A stretch of 64,000 nt of DNA from an uncultured cyanobacterium. GTDB taxonomy: Bacteria; Cyanobacteriota; Cyanobacteriia; Cyanobacteriales; CAWCAG01. The notes below the pieces were generated by a model, which was not told the origin of the DNA, did no database searches, and worked only from the letters and a program-made list of their open reading frames with translations. Position numbers and translations under genes: made by a program. Below, in pieces: positions 30,225 through 40,150 of the stretch (positions are counted from its first letter, which is position 1; each line of letters begins with the position of its first letter). The DNA lies in assembly GCA_963793425.1 (NCBI GenBank), contig CAWCAG010000007.1:992001-1056000 (forward strand), written 5' to 3'.

Positions 30225-31175
30225 TTAAAGAATTTTAAAAGTTGTACCAATAAACCAAACATAAATAATAATAAATAACCATCCTTCCCAGATAGTTAGC
30301 TTTTTGTCTTGAGTAGCAAAAAATAGTAATAAAGTTCCTGCCAACAAAGTAGGAATACCGCTCATCAAAACTGTATTAGGAATCTCTAGATTTCCTACTA
30401 ACCTTGGTATACCCATAACCATAAAAGCATTAAAAATATTAGAACCTAAAACATTACCTACAGCAACTTCTTCTTGACCTTTTTTAGCAGCATTAATTGT
30501 CACTACTAATTCAGGTAAAGATGTACCTAGGGCAACAGCACTTACGGCAATAATTTCTTTAGCAATGCCAATAATTGCAGAAATTTTCACTAAAGAATCA
30601 ATAGTATATTTAGCCCCTAAATAAATAAAGACTACGCTTAAAATAACAATGCAAGCTTGCTTCAATAAATAACCAGAACTCTCCCTTGGCGTAACAGCTT
30701 CTTCCTGCCCACTATCTTGAGTATCTCTTACGGTATAAAACAAATACATAATGTAAGCAATAATAAAAATGATTGCTTCTCCTAAAGAGAATGTTTTATC
30801 CCAAACAGCTAGCACCAAAAGAAATGCAGAGCCAACAAACAAAGGCAAATCAACACTAACTAAATCATAGGTAATCCTCAGACCTTTAGTACCGACAATA
30901 CAAGCTACACCAATAATTAAACACACATTAGCAATATTAGAACCAACTACATTCGCTACAACTATTTCTGAAGAGCCTTCCATAACCGCAATAATAGAAG
31001 AGATTAATTCTGGTAAAGACGTACCAATAGAAACAATTGTGACCCCAATAATAAAAGGCGGTAAACCAACATACAGACCAATCTTTTCTGCGGAATCAGT
31101 AAAAAAATCAGAAGCTTTAACTAAAACCAACAGGCTAGCAACAAAAATTAAACAAAAAAGGAGTAATTCGGACAT
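30225..31175 (-). CDS. Calcium/sodium antiporter (YrbG-like)
   Basis: Two alpha-repeats GTSLPEL...NVVGSNI / NVLGSNI. Confidence 0.92.
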   Translation of the reverse strand: MSELLLFCLIFVASLLVLVKASDFFTDSAEKIGLYVGLPPFIIGVTIVSIGTSLPELISSIIAVMEGSSEIVVANVVGSNIANVCLIIGVACIVGTKGLRITYDLVSVDLPLFVGSAFLLVLAVWDKTFSLGEAIIFIIAYIMYLFYTVRDTQDSGQEEAVTPRESSGYLLKQACIVILSVVFIYLGAKYTIDSLVKISAIIGIAKEIIAVSAVALGTSLPELVVTINAAKKGQEEVAVGNVLGSNIFNAFMVMGIPRLVGNLEIPNTVLMSGIPTLLAGTLLLFFATQDKKLTIWEGWLFIIIYVWFIGTTFKIL

Positions 31176-31534
31176 TTATTAACAAAATACCATGATCAAT
31201 TCTTAGATAATATATGGTAAAACAAGAGTTTAGTAAGGTACAGCTTAAATCTTGTTTTTGTTAATAGCTAGTTGCTAATGGCTAGTGGCTAGTAGAGATG
31301 ACTCAGAGTTATGGGATTTTAGCTAAGAGAAGTTCAATCAAGATAGGAAAAACCTCTCTCTAGTCATCCTTCAGATGAGTTTAGCTATAAGCCACCGAAT
31401 TTATTCGTGGGCGGTAAATGAGAGAAGGCTTTTAATTTCAGTATTTTTTCTTGGCAAAAGTAAATTTTACCTTGATTGCATCAGTTAGAATACGAGCATA
31501 TTCCCGTTAAAATATTCATCCTGCTTACCCAATC

Positions 31535-31969
31535 ATGAAACCTCGCTACTGGTTTGCACTATCTAGCTTTTTTGTTTTGTCTTTATCTGGTTACAGTGAG
31601 TTGAACAAATTTCTTAAATCAAGAGAAATTAATCGCAAAACTTCTGCTGATCTTGTTTTAATTAGCTATAAAGACGAAGGAAACAATGGCAGTAGCTTGA
31701 TGGCAAAAGAAGAGGCTTCAGCAAAAGTGTTGAAATCTGCGGTGGATACTGAAGAAAGAAAAACCCAGATTAATGTTTTTAAAGGGGATGTTTCTACTAA
31801 TTTTTATTTTGCTAACCGCCTCAAAATTTTTGGGAGAATTGTTGCGGATGCAGCGACTTTAGCTGTGTCATGCCACTACTGGACTAACTCACCTAAAATG
31901 ATGCTTGAGAATTTCCCAAAACTTTGGTATCTAGTGGGCATTGCCCACACTACTATTGCACTACTTTAG
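31535..31969 (+). CDS. Hypothetical protein whose C-terminus runs through repeat DNA
   Basis: 144-aa ORF with a hydrophobic N-terminus; the last ~38 codons overlap repeats at 31856-31986. Confidence 0.35.
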   Translation: MKPRYWFALSSFFVLSLSGYSELNKFLKSREINRKTSADLVLISYKDEGNNGSSLMAKEEASAKVLKSAVDTEERKTQINVFKGDVSTNFYFANRLKIFGRIVADAATLAVSCHYWTNSPKMMLENFPKLWYLVGIAHTTIALL

Positions 31970-31986
31970 CTGTGTCACGCCACTAC
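31856..31986. repeat. Two 24-bp direct repeats flanking a GTAG-type REP-like palindrome
   Basis: ACTTTAGCTGTGTCAYGCCACTAC at 31856 and 31963; GTGGGCATTGCCCAC-ACTAC at 31934-31953. Confidence 0.7.
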
Positions 31987-32009
31987 AAGAGAATGACTTT
32001 TGCCTTCAT

Positions 32010-34022
32010 CTAACGCCAATCATCCCTAGAACGGAAAATAGAAGTATTGGGAAAAGAAATAGGATTATCTTCTGCTTGTAAGCGACGACGCAACCTTTGT
32101 AACTCCGTTTCTCTTAAAGGCAACTCATCCACCAATTGATAAGGTAACAACCCTTCATCCAAAACAAAATCTATCGTTGTCCCGGCTGCTGCCCCAGATG
32201 ACCATTCAAAAGAGTGTACCCGATAGGCTGCTGCGGCTATATGAGTAGTGGCAATACTTTTACCCACCACCAAAAAGTTATCAATCTTTTGGGGAATTAA
32301 TGCCCGTAAAGGAATCTCAAAAGGATAAGCTTGCCCTGCCCCTTGACGCTCTCCTTCTCTTTCGGCGTTACCCGGTTTTTCTGGAGGACTTTCTACCATA
32401 CAAGGATGAAAATCAATGGCATAGTGGGCGATACCCACAGAATCAGGATAAATGCGAGAACGAGTACGCCTTTCTACATTTTCTACTTCTACAATACCGG
32501 TCAATACATCTAAAGCATTTATTCCCGCTAACTCAGTCCATAATTTGCGGTAAACATCTTCTGGTAAGTCTTGATAAAATTCACTGCGGTAATCTTGGCG
32601 AGAAATATCAATTTCAGCAACATCAAAACCATCCTCATAACCAAAGGAAGGACGACCAATAATTCTCCTGGCTTCTCGCATATAAGGATATTTTGATAAA
32701 CCATGAACTGTTCCCATCGGCGAATCTAAACCCGATAGAAAACGGTTGTCTGGTTGAGGTATTTTTACCCCTTCCCCTAGTTGAGAATCGGTTTCCCCTT
32801 CTACTAACCAATAATAGTAACCCAGGGAATGTTCCTCTCCCCTCGCTAAGGTTTCTGCCCGCAGTCCCCCTAACCAGCCTCCGGGTGCTAATTGTCCCGT
32901 TGCTTCTAACTGTTCGCGAGTATAAATTAAATTATCTTGGGAAGTTCCAGGGCGATAATCATTTCCCCAAGTCCAGTTTTGCATGGAAATATCCCCAGGT
33001 GTGGGAGTGGAGAAACCAATGCCACCAAACTTTTCTTGTTCCCCGGTATCAGGACTCCAAATACGGCGATAGGTGAAGACAAGATCAAAGTCTGCTAACC
33101 TTTCTAATTCGTAACTATAATAAGGTTCATATTGAGGATAAAACTCCGGCATTTCCTGGGTTTGGGGTTCTTCCGTTGCTTCCATGGCAAAGGTATAAGT
33201 GAACCCTTGGGTACAATAGGAATCGCCTTCTACACTAGCGGAGGAAGGTTCGCGGTAGGAACGAGAATCGATGCCTAAACGGTAGGGGACATCCGCTAGG
33301 GCAATAATTTCCCCTGTTTCTGTGGCATCAACCACATACCAATTGGCGGGTTGAGAGGTTTCTGTGGCTAAGGGAACAAAACGAATAACATTTTTCGTAA
33401 GTAAGTCAGAGTCTTCGTAGCGATAAGCCTCTTCAATAGTTTGAGAAAGGGGATAGGTGTTTAAAGGAGGGGCATCGGGGGCGCTTTGATGTTGAATGGC
33501 GATCGCGCTTGCCATTTGTTCGGCACTATTACTAGTCGGAACAGTACTAATCTCTTTAATAACCGTAGAAGGGAACCATCTTAAAGTACCTTTACCTCTT
33601 CTTGCTGCATCCTGCAACATGGAAATAAGAACATCATGACCATCTTCGGGTAAAAAGCAAGACTCACTCACCCAACAATCACCGGGGTTAAGTTCCCCAT
33701 AACGATCCTTAATTCTTTGGCGCAATTCTAAATAACCACGGGGATAATAAAGAAGCGATCGCTGGGTTGGGCGTTCATCTAAAGCAGATGTTCCTTGGGA
33801 AGAGATTTGTCCCCCTAACCAGTCGGTAATCTCTGTGAGGCAAACGGTACGCCCAGCTAATAAACTTTCATAGGCAGTAGCGGCCCCCGCTAGCCCTCCT
33901 CCCACAACTAAGACTTCACATTCTACGTTTTCCACAGCAGAATCAGATTGGGCAAAGGTGGGTTGAGTAGTTAATCCGATTAAACCTAAGCACAGAGATA
34001 TTTTAGTTAGCGATCGCTTCAT
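32010..34022 (-). CDS. Exported FAD-dependent oxidoreductase
   Basis: Signal peptide; VLVVGGGLAG, TDWLGGQISSQG, PYMREARRI, FEIPLRALIP. Confidence 0.85.
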   Translation of the reverse strand: MKRSLTKISLCLGLIGLTTQPTFAQSDSAVENVECEVLVVGGGLAGAATAYESLLAGRTVCLTEITDWLGGQISSQGTSALDERPTQRSLLYYPRGYLELRQRIKDRYGELNPGDCWVSESCFLPEDGHDVLISMLQDAARRGKGTLRWFPSTVIKEISTVPTSNSAEQMASAIAIQHQSAPDAPPLNTYPLSQTIEEAYRYEDSDLLTKNVIRFVPLATETSQPANWYVVDATETGEIIALADVPYRLGIDSRSYREPSSASVEGDSYCTQGFTYTFAMEATEEPQTQEMPEFYPQYEPYYSYELERLADFDLVFTYRRIWSPDTGEQEKFGGIGFSTPTPGDISMQNWTWGNDYRPGTSQDNLIYTREQLEATGQLAPGGWLGGLRAETLARGEEHSLGYYYWLVEGETDSQLGEGVKIPQPDNRFLSGLDSPMGTVHGLSKYPYMREARRIIGRPSFGYEDGFDVAEIDISRQDYRSEFYQDLPEDVYRKLWTELAGINALDVLTGIVEVENVERRTRSRIYPDSVGIAHYAIDFHPCMVESPPEKPGNAEREGERQGAGQAYPFEIPLRALIPQKIDNFLVVGKSIATTHIAAAAYRVHSFEWSSGAAAGTTIDFVLDEGLLPYQLVDELPLRETELQRLRRRLQAEDNPISFPNTSIFRSRDDWR

Positions 34023-34044
34023 ATGTTTGTTGATTTTCTTGTTG

Positions 34045-34350
34045 TTAATTATTTGTTGTCCGCAGTTGTTGCCATAAAATCTGGAACATTAGGGCGATTA
34101 AGCCAACAGACACTAAAGTAAAAATTCCAGTTCCCAAGGCAGACATTCCTACAACCAAGGTACGTACAGCCACAGCAATATTCATAGCGGTGACATTGCC
34201 ACTCGGAAGAGGCTTATGGGCAAAGGTTTCCGCAATGGAAGAAGTTAGGGCATAAAGGGCTAAGCCAAACCCTCCAGAAATGATGGCCCCGACTAAGCAA
34301 CGCCAGGGACTAGCAGTTTTTTGTTCTTTTGGAGATTCAGAGTTACTCAT
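34045..34350 (-). CDS. DUF3082-family membrane protein
   Basis: SPWRCLVGAIISG..NIAVAVRTLVVG. Confidence 0.75.
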   Translation of the reverse strand: MSNSESPKEQKTASPWRCLVGAIISGGFGLALYALTSSIAETFAHKPLPSGNVTAMNIAVAVRTLVVGMSALGTGIFTLVSVGLIALMFQILWQQLRTTNN

Positions 34351-34433
34351 AAACACGCTCGATGGGTAATTTAGAAATAGGGTGTTGTTAACAATATCTC
34401 TAATAATTCTGCAATCTTTTCACCCAATAACCA

Positions 34434-35267
34434 ATGCAAATAGAATGGCAAGTTGCCAAAACCTACGAAGATATCCTTTATCACAAACAAGACGGCATTG
34501 CTAAAATTACCATCAATCGTCCCCAAAAACGAAATGCCTTTCGCCCCCAAACAGTTTTTGAAATGTATGAGGCTTTCTGTGATGCCCGTGAAGATCCTAG
34601 TGTGGGAGTAATTCTTTTAACCGGGGCAGGGCCCCATACTGATGGTAAATATGCCTTTTGTTCCGGGGGTGATCAAAGTGTACGAGGCAAAGCTGGTTAC
34701 GTGGGAGATGATGGCGTACCCAGGTTAAATGTCCTCGATTTACAGCGCTTAATTCGTTCTTTGCCTAAAGTTGTTATCGCCCTAGTCGCTGGTTATGCCA
34801 TTGGAGGTGGCCATGTTTTACATCTCATTTGTGACTTAACGATTGCTGCTGATAATGCCATTTTTGGGCAAACTGGCCCCAAGGTAGGTAGCTTTGATGG
34901 TGGATTTGGGGCTAGCTATCTTGCCCGTGTTGTTGGACAAAAGAAAGCTAGGGAAATTTGGTTTCTCTGTCGCCAATATAATGCGGCCCAAGCTTTAGAA
35001 ATGGGTCTGGTTAATACTGTAGTTTCAGTAGAGCAATTAGAGGCTGAAGGTGTCCAATGGGGGCAAGAAATTTTAGAAAAAAGTCCCACCGCCATTCGTT
35101 GTCTAAAATCTGCTTTTAATGCTGATTGTGATGGGCAAGCGGGCTTACAAGAATTAGCGGGTAATGCCACTTTACTCTATTACATGACTGAAGAAGGTTC
35201 CGAGGGCAAACAAGCATTTTTAGAAAAACGTAAACCTGATTTTCGTCAATATCCTTGGTTGCCTTAA
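34434..35267 (+). CDS. menB: 1,4-dihydroxy-2-naphthoyl-CoA synthase
   Basis: [32 protein letters not shown]. Confidence 0.97.
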   Translation: MQIEWQVAKTYEDILYHKQDGIAKITINRPQKRNAFRPQTVFEMYEAFCDAREDPSVGVILLTGAGPHTDGKYAFCSGGDQSVRGKAGYVGDDGVPRLNVLDLQRLIRSLPKVVIALVAGYAIGGGHVLHLICDLTIAADNAIFGQTGPKVGSFDGGFGASYLARVVGQKKAREIWFLCRQYNAAQALEMGLVNTVVSVEQLEAEGVQWGQEILEKSPTAIRCLKSAFNADCDGQAGLQELAGNATLLYYMTEEGSEGKQAFLEKRKPDFRQYPWLP

Positions 35268-35380
35268 GTTTAATATTTTCTTAATAAAGTTTGATGCTAA
35301 TTTGAGCTATTTGAGCTAATTCAATAGTTTTGTGGCAAAACTTATCCCTAATTCCCATCAATCATCTCTTTTAATGCTAA

Positions 35381-35446
35381 TCAGGTAGGACTAAACCCAT
35401 CAGCCTAACTTTTAGTTAATAACTGATCTGTTTTCGTCCTACCTGA
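35381..35446. terminator. Long hairpin between convergent genes
   Basis: TCAGGTAGGAC...GTCCTACCTGA with nested inner stems. Confidence 0.5.
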
Positions 35447-35507
35447 ATTTTATTCTTCAAAAAAAGGTATTTATCTTTACTTTTATTCTCGTAGCAGAAA
35501 AGCCAAT

Positions 35508-35777
35508 TTACTGAGCAAATACTTCTTCTGAAGAAGCAGTTTCCAAAGGCTGTACTTCCGATGAATAGTCAAGAACAAGGGAATTTTCCAAGGAAGCAAT
35601 ATCTTCTTCTAAATGTTCCCAAACATCGGTTTCAAATGGTGGAGCCGCTAAAGAACAAGCTTTCCAATTACCTTGTACTGGAACGCAAAGTTGTTGGCAC
35701 ATTCCGCCCCGTCTTCCTTCGGGTTTATAGTGGCCGCAGCAGCGACAGGCAGAGGTTAAAAAAAGTTGTGTTTTCAT
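35508..35777 (-). CDS. Small Cys-rich hypothetical protein
   Basis: CRCCGHYKPEGRRGGMCQQL..PVQGNWKACSLA. Confidence 0.75.
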   Translation of the reverse strand: MKTQLFLTSACRCCGHYKPEGRRGGMCQQLCVPVQGNWKACSLAAPPFETDVWEHLEEDIASLENSLVLDYSSEVQPLETASSEEVFAQ

Positions 35778-36410
35778 ATGTTTTTTCAAAAAGGATTGTC
35801 TTTCTTGAAGCTCCAGTTTTAATTTAGTCTTTTCCGGAAAACTTCTTTTTTCTAATCAAACGATGATTATATAAGGCTTATAATTACTTCTCATAATAAC
35901 TTGCTTTTAAGATTTTCTTTAGAATTATGTTATAAATAGATACATAATCCTTGAAACTTAATTTAAAGCTATGAAGTAATCTCAAGAACTAATATAGATT
36001 TTAACTAAAAACAGATAGGGATCAAGCTAAAAAAGGATGAAATCCTTAATCAGGATTAGATAGCTAGTGATTGATTACTACTTAGGTAGGAGAAAACAAA
36101 CTACTTTAATCTCAATTTGCATAAATAAATGTACGGGGATCACAGCTCAAGGTGTACTACGATCACAGATTAGATAGTGTCAGCATTGATACTTAAATAA
36201 AAAGATTTCTCTATCTGGTGAAGTTTAAAAAATTTGCTACTAGTATCAAAACCATCCTCAAAAGAATCATGCTGAAACTATTGATTTCAGGTTAAATAGC
36301 CCTAAGCCCTAAAAAGTTCCTTCCTTTTTCCAGTGCCAAAATCAGCAAATGTTTAGGTATACTCTTGGCAAGATAAATATGAATTGAACATTTAGGGAAA
36401 ATTTTAATTT

Positions 36411-37616
36411 ATGAATACACCTACCTCAAAACCAGCCTTAAATCCCTTATTAAAAGCAGCACTCAGCAGCTTAGATATAAATTTAGAAGAAGAGTTAATC
36501 CGCTATCGACGTTTAAGCAAAGGAAGTAAACCCGGGGAGAGTCAATCCAACTTTCATCGAGGAAACACCTTAGCTTCTCCCCCTACTGCTACTGAAACTC
36601 TAGACTTATCTAGCCTGGAAGAAATCTCTGATTTGGATTCTGTTTCTACTACCACAGAAATTAACCTCACCACTCAGTTACAAGAAGACTCTTCTCAAGA
36701 AGATGCCACTGCGAACTTAGTACATCAACCAACAGAATCTGAAGAGAAGCAAAATCTAGCCGAACCAACCAACAATCAGCAACCACCCGAAGATTATCTA
36801 GAATCTTCAGAACAACTGCTACGTTCTTTAGAGGAAAAAAAATCAGAGGAGAAACAACCCCAACAGAAGAAGAATCCAGCCTGGAAACAAATTCTCTTCT
36901 CTCCTTTAGGAATTGCTTCTGTAGCCGTTTTTGTCGTTGCTAGTACCCTTTTGGGGGCAACTTTATTAGACCCCCAAACAGCTAGTAAACTAGGTTTAGG
37001 GGGCTTACTTGGCTATGGAGATGGCGATGTTGAAGTTGAACCAATAGATCAGGCTGCTATTGAAGCAGAACAAGCCAAAGCTAGTCCTAGTGGCCCAAAT
37101 CTTGCTAATAATGAGGAGTTCACTAAGGAATTAGATTTAGATACCTTAAGTACAGTAGAGTCTGGAGCAACTCCTGATGCAACGGCTGCTACTAGCGAAA
37201 CTCCTGCGGCCATTCCCTCTCCCACCCTCCCTCCTAACCCCGCACCTCAAGCAGGATCTTCGGATCTTACAGAAGCTTTAATTCCCCGCAGTATAGGTTC
37301 CCCAAGCGACCCAAATGCGCCAACAGCGGTTCCTAACAACGTCGCTCCTCCTTCCCCATCTGCTTCAGTCTCCGCAGTACCAGAAGCAGTACCTGCACCG
37401 GGTAACAATGAACCTTACCACTTTGTCATTGTTGATTACACGGGGGCTGATTCTCTCACTCAAGCAAGAACAGTTGTTAAAGATGCCTACCTAAGAGAAT
37501 TTGGTCAAAGTGTCAAAATACAAATGAGTGCTTCCAATACTGAAGCTGAGGCGCAAAGATTGGTTGAGCAACTAAAACAGAATGGTATCTCTGCTTCAGT
37601 TTTTAATAATGAGTAA
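36411..37616 (+). CDS. Membrane-anchored protein with Pro-rich linker and SPOR-like C-terminal domain
   Basis: AALSSLDINLEEELIRYRR N-terminus, one TM segment, C-terminal IQMSA..EAEAQRLVEQLKQNGISA. Confidence 0.7.
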   Translation: MNTPTSKPALNPLLKAALSSLDINLEEELIRYRRLSKGSKPGESQSNFHRGNTLASPPTATETLDLSSLEEISDLDSVSTTTEINLTTQLQEDSSQEDATANLVHQPTESEEKQNLAEPTNNQQPPEDYLESSEQLLRSLEEKKSEEKQPQQKKNPAWKQILFSPLGIASVAVFVVASTLLGATLLDPQTASKLGLGGLLGYGDGDVEVEPIDQAAIEAEQAKASPSGPNLANNEEFTKELDLDTLSTVESGATPDATAATSETPAAIPSPTLPPNPAPQAGSSDLTEALIPRSIGSPSDPNAPTAVPNNVAPPSPSASVSAVPEAVPAPGNNEPYHFVIVDYTGADSLTQARTVVKDAYLREFGQSVKIQMSASNTEAEAQRLVEQLKQNGISASVFNNE

Positions 37617-37730
37617 TATCAATTCCTGCCCTTGTTGCATGACTTATCTGTTAGGGTGGGAAGCAGGGAGCAGGAAGCAGGGAAAAGGGTTTGAGAATTT
37701 TATCCTTTGATTTCGATTTGGTATGAGATT

Positions 37731-38204
37731 ATGGCTTTTATAGAGCGCATTTTGGTTGGAGTACGGGCCAACCTTAATCACTTAGTGAGGAAAAATGAAG
37801 ATCCTGAAAAGCTCCTAGAACAGCTTGTAGAAGAGCTAAAGCAAGACCTGCTAATTTTGCGTCAGAATATGGCTGGGGCGATCGCAACTCAGAAACGTAT
37901 GCAAAGACAATTGGCATATGCTGAATCTTCTGCTCAGGGCTGGTATAATCGTGCCAAGTTAGCTTTAGAACAAGGGCAAGAAGACTTAGCTAGGGAATAC
38001 CTTTCTCATCGTCAATCTCAACGAAAAGTAGCTCAAGCTTTGCAAGAGCAGTTAGTTCAACAAGAAACAGTTATCAGCAAGCTGAAAGAAAATTTGTGGT
38101 TTTTAGAAACTAAGATTGCTGAAACTAAAACCAAAAGAGATATGTATATAGTGAGGTTTCGTTCTGCTGTGGTTCAAGAAAAACTACACAAATTAACAAA
38201 TTAG
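37731..38204 (+). CDS. PspA/IM30 family protein (short; C-terminus apparently missing)
   Basis: RANLNHLV...EDPEKLLEQ, A.AIATQKR, A.LALEQGQEDLARE. Confidence 0.8.
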   Translation: MAFIERILVGVRANLNHLVRKNEDPEKLLEQLVEELKQDLLILRQNMAGAIATQKRMQRQLAYAESSAQGWYNRAKLALEQGQEDLAREYLSHRQSQRKVAQALQEQLVQQETVISKLKENLWFLETKIAETKTKRDMYIVRFRSAVVQEKLHKLTN

Positions 38205-38213
38205 TTAATCGAG

Positions 38214-38663
38214 TTAGTTAACAACTTTCGTGATTAACAACAAACCATCTGCTGCTCTTAAAACAATGTAAGCTTTCGTGAAAGTTGGAGTAGATGTTGA
38301 TACTTCTCCTTTGAATGTAAAATGTCTTCCTCTTCTCCTTTGAAAGAAACCAGAAATTTCTATGACTCGAACCGGAGTATTAAAAAGGGGATGATCTGCT
38401 TCTATATGCCCTAATAATTGTTCCTGTGCTTCTTCATAGCTCATCAAACTAGACTTAATGACTTTTGAATTAGTTGCTTTAAATCTTTTTGAGGCTATTT
38501 CAAGCGCTTCCTCCCCTGCAAGTTGTTCGCCGATATCTGCGGTTGGGTTAGCAGGTGGTGGAAAACCTGGCGATGGAGAGGTATCGAGAGGAGGTAATTG
38601 GCGTTTGACATCTTCAAGATTTGGCCTTGGTTCTATAGGAAAATTCATAGGAGAAGCTGACAA
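38214..38663 (-). CDS. Hypothetical protein
   Basis: 149-aa ORF with Pro-rich N-terminus; no recognised domain. Confidence 0.5.
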   Translation of the reverse strand: MSASPMNFPIEPRPNLEDVKRQLPPLDTSPSPGFPPPANPTADIGEQLAGEEALEIASKRFKATNSKVIKSSLMSYEEAQEQLLGHIEADHPLFNTPVRVIEISGFFQRRRGRHFTFKGEVSTSTPTFTKAYIVLRAADGLLLITKVVN

Positions 38664-38727
38664 ATCTGATTGTTCATTTTAAGCTAATGACAGATAAGTC
38701 ATAGCACTCAACAGAGTTTGGTATAAT

Positions 38728-39315
38728 TTATTCTTGATTGATTTGAAAATTCACACCTTCGTAAATATCTTGTAAGGATATTTCTAACTCCACCGACTCT
38801 AGAGAAATAATAGAATCAACTGACTCATACTCAGTTAATTGCCATTGATTAGTCGCAGTTTTACTATATTGCAGTAGACGATACTCACTTTGTTCAATTA
38901 GGAGATATTCTTGAAACTCTGCAATGGAACGGTAGTATAAAAACTTATCACCTTGGTCATAATTCTTAGTGGATTTTGATAACACTTCTACAATCAACCT
39001 GGGGTTCATAACTGTTGTTGTCCCCTTTCCTGTATAAATAGGTTCACCCGAAATCACCATCACATCCGGATAAGTATACTGGCGATAACGAGGTATCCAT
39101 AAACGCACATCACCCATGTAGACCTTGCAGTTTTTCCCTTTCAAACTAAGCTTCAAGTTAGCAGCAACATTAAGAGTAATTTCATTGTGATTAGTCGTGC
39201 CGCCAGCCATCTGTATAATTTCTCCATCCCGATATTCATTTCTGTACTTTGCTGTTTCTTCTTGTTCTAAATACTCTTCCGGTGTGTAGTATTTTTGTTG
39301 AGTTTGTATTGGCAT
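38728..39315 (-). CDS. Uma2 family endonuclease-like protein
   Basis: YTPEEYL, EYRDGEII.MAGGT.NH, YTYPDVMV, IVEVLSKST..YDQGDKF. Confidence 0.92.
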   Translation of the reverse strand: MPIQTQQKYYTPEEYLEQEETAKYRNEYRDGEIIQMAGGTTNHNEITLNVAANLKLSLKGKNCKVYMGDVRLWIPRYRQYTYPDVMVISGEPIYTGKGTTTVMNPRLIVEVLSKSTKNYDQGDKFLYYRSIAEFQEYLLIEQSEYRLLQYSKTATNQWQLTEYESVDSIISLESVELEISLQDIYEGVNFQINQE

Positions 39316-39354
39316 TTTCCTTACTTTTATTAGTTTCCCGATTTTTAATTTAAT

Positions 39355-39936
39355 TCAATTTGATTTTAGACCCTGTAAATCATCTTTAATCTCAGTCCAA
39401 AGAGTACGATTATAAGGATCTGTCCGTAGAGCTTTCTTAAAATAGATTTTGGCTTTTTTTACTTGCTGATTTCTTCTTCTACCCATAGCATCTCGCAACA
39501 ACTTTCTTCCTTGTTGTTGATAAGTAATTGCTTGCCACTGGCGTACTTCTGGGTCTAAAGGCCAACGTTGTGCTAAAGCTTCTACCAAAGTGATTGCCCT
39601 TGCGAACTTCCCTTCTTGTAACAATTGCTGTAGAGATTTATAGAAGTCCCACTTCAGTTTTTGGTCTTGAGTAGATAACTTAGGAACAAAATTACAAGGC
39701 CGAGGTTGAGGTTTTGCCGGGCTAGAAGTGTTCCGAGAAGTTTCTTGCCTCTCCAAGGTTTTAAGCAGGTGTTTATAAGCATCTGTAAGCTGAATAAACT
39801 TAGCTTGTGCTTCTTGGTTATCTGGATTGATATCAGGGTGATAGTGCCTTGCCAAACGACGATAGGCGCTCTTAACTTGTTCTGAATTAGCTCCAGATTT
39901 CAAACCCAACAAGTTATAGCAGTTTGCCAGAGTCAT
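39355..39936 (-). CDS. DnaJ-domain protein with TPR-like C-terminus
   Basis: YNLLGL..VKSAYRRLARHYHPD. Confidence 0.88.
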   Translation of the reverse strand: MTLANCYNLLGLKSGANSEQVKSAYRRLARHYHPDINPDNQEAQAKFIQLTDAYKHLLKTLERQETSRNTSSPAKPQPRPCNFVPKLSTQDQKLKWDFYKSLQQLLQEGKFARAITLVEALAQRWPLDPEVRQWQAITYQQQGRKLLRDAMGRRRNQQVKKAKIYFKKALRTDPYNRTLWTEIKDDLQGLKSN

Positions 39937-40084
39937 TAATAATGTTGCAATTAATACATATTTTAGGAGTCTCAGCTTTTGGTCAGTAACAAACTTTCCT
40001 TAGCTTTTTCGGTATGCCCTGATATCCACTTCTTTGATTTAGCTAGAGTTCAGTTAACAGTCACAAAATTATAAGCTAATTAGC

Positions 40085-40124
40085 GATCGCTTCAAGAAAA
40101 GGTCTAGTTTTTCTTGAAGCGATC
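40085..40124 (-). terminator. 16-bp stem hairpin downstream of clpP
   Basis: GATCGCTTCAAGAAAA-N8-TTTTCTTGAAGCGATC. Confidence 0.6.
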
Positions 40125-40150
40125 ACGAAAACAGAGAAACTATGAAGACT

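Noticed and set aside
32300..33076. Plus-strand ORFs 32300-32662 and 32693-33076, and the other short ORFs overlapping long genes
   Set aside because: Antisense or alternate-frame shadows of well-supported CDSs with no recognisable motifs
38664..38720. Lost signal peptide upstream of ORF 38214-38663 (MTYLSLA*NEQ)
   Set aside because: The segment overlaps the dispersed ACAGATAAGTCAT motif, so the peptide reading may be coincidental
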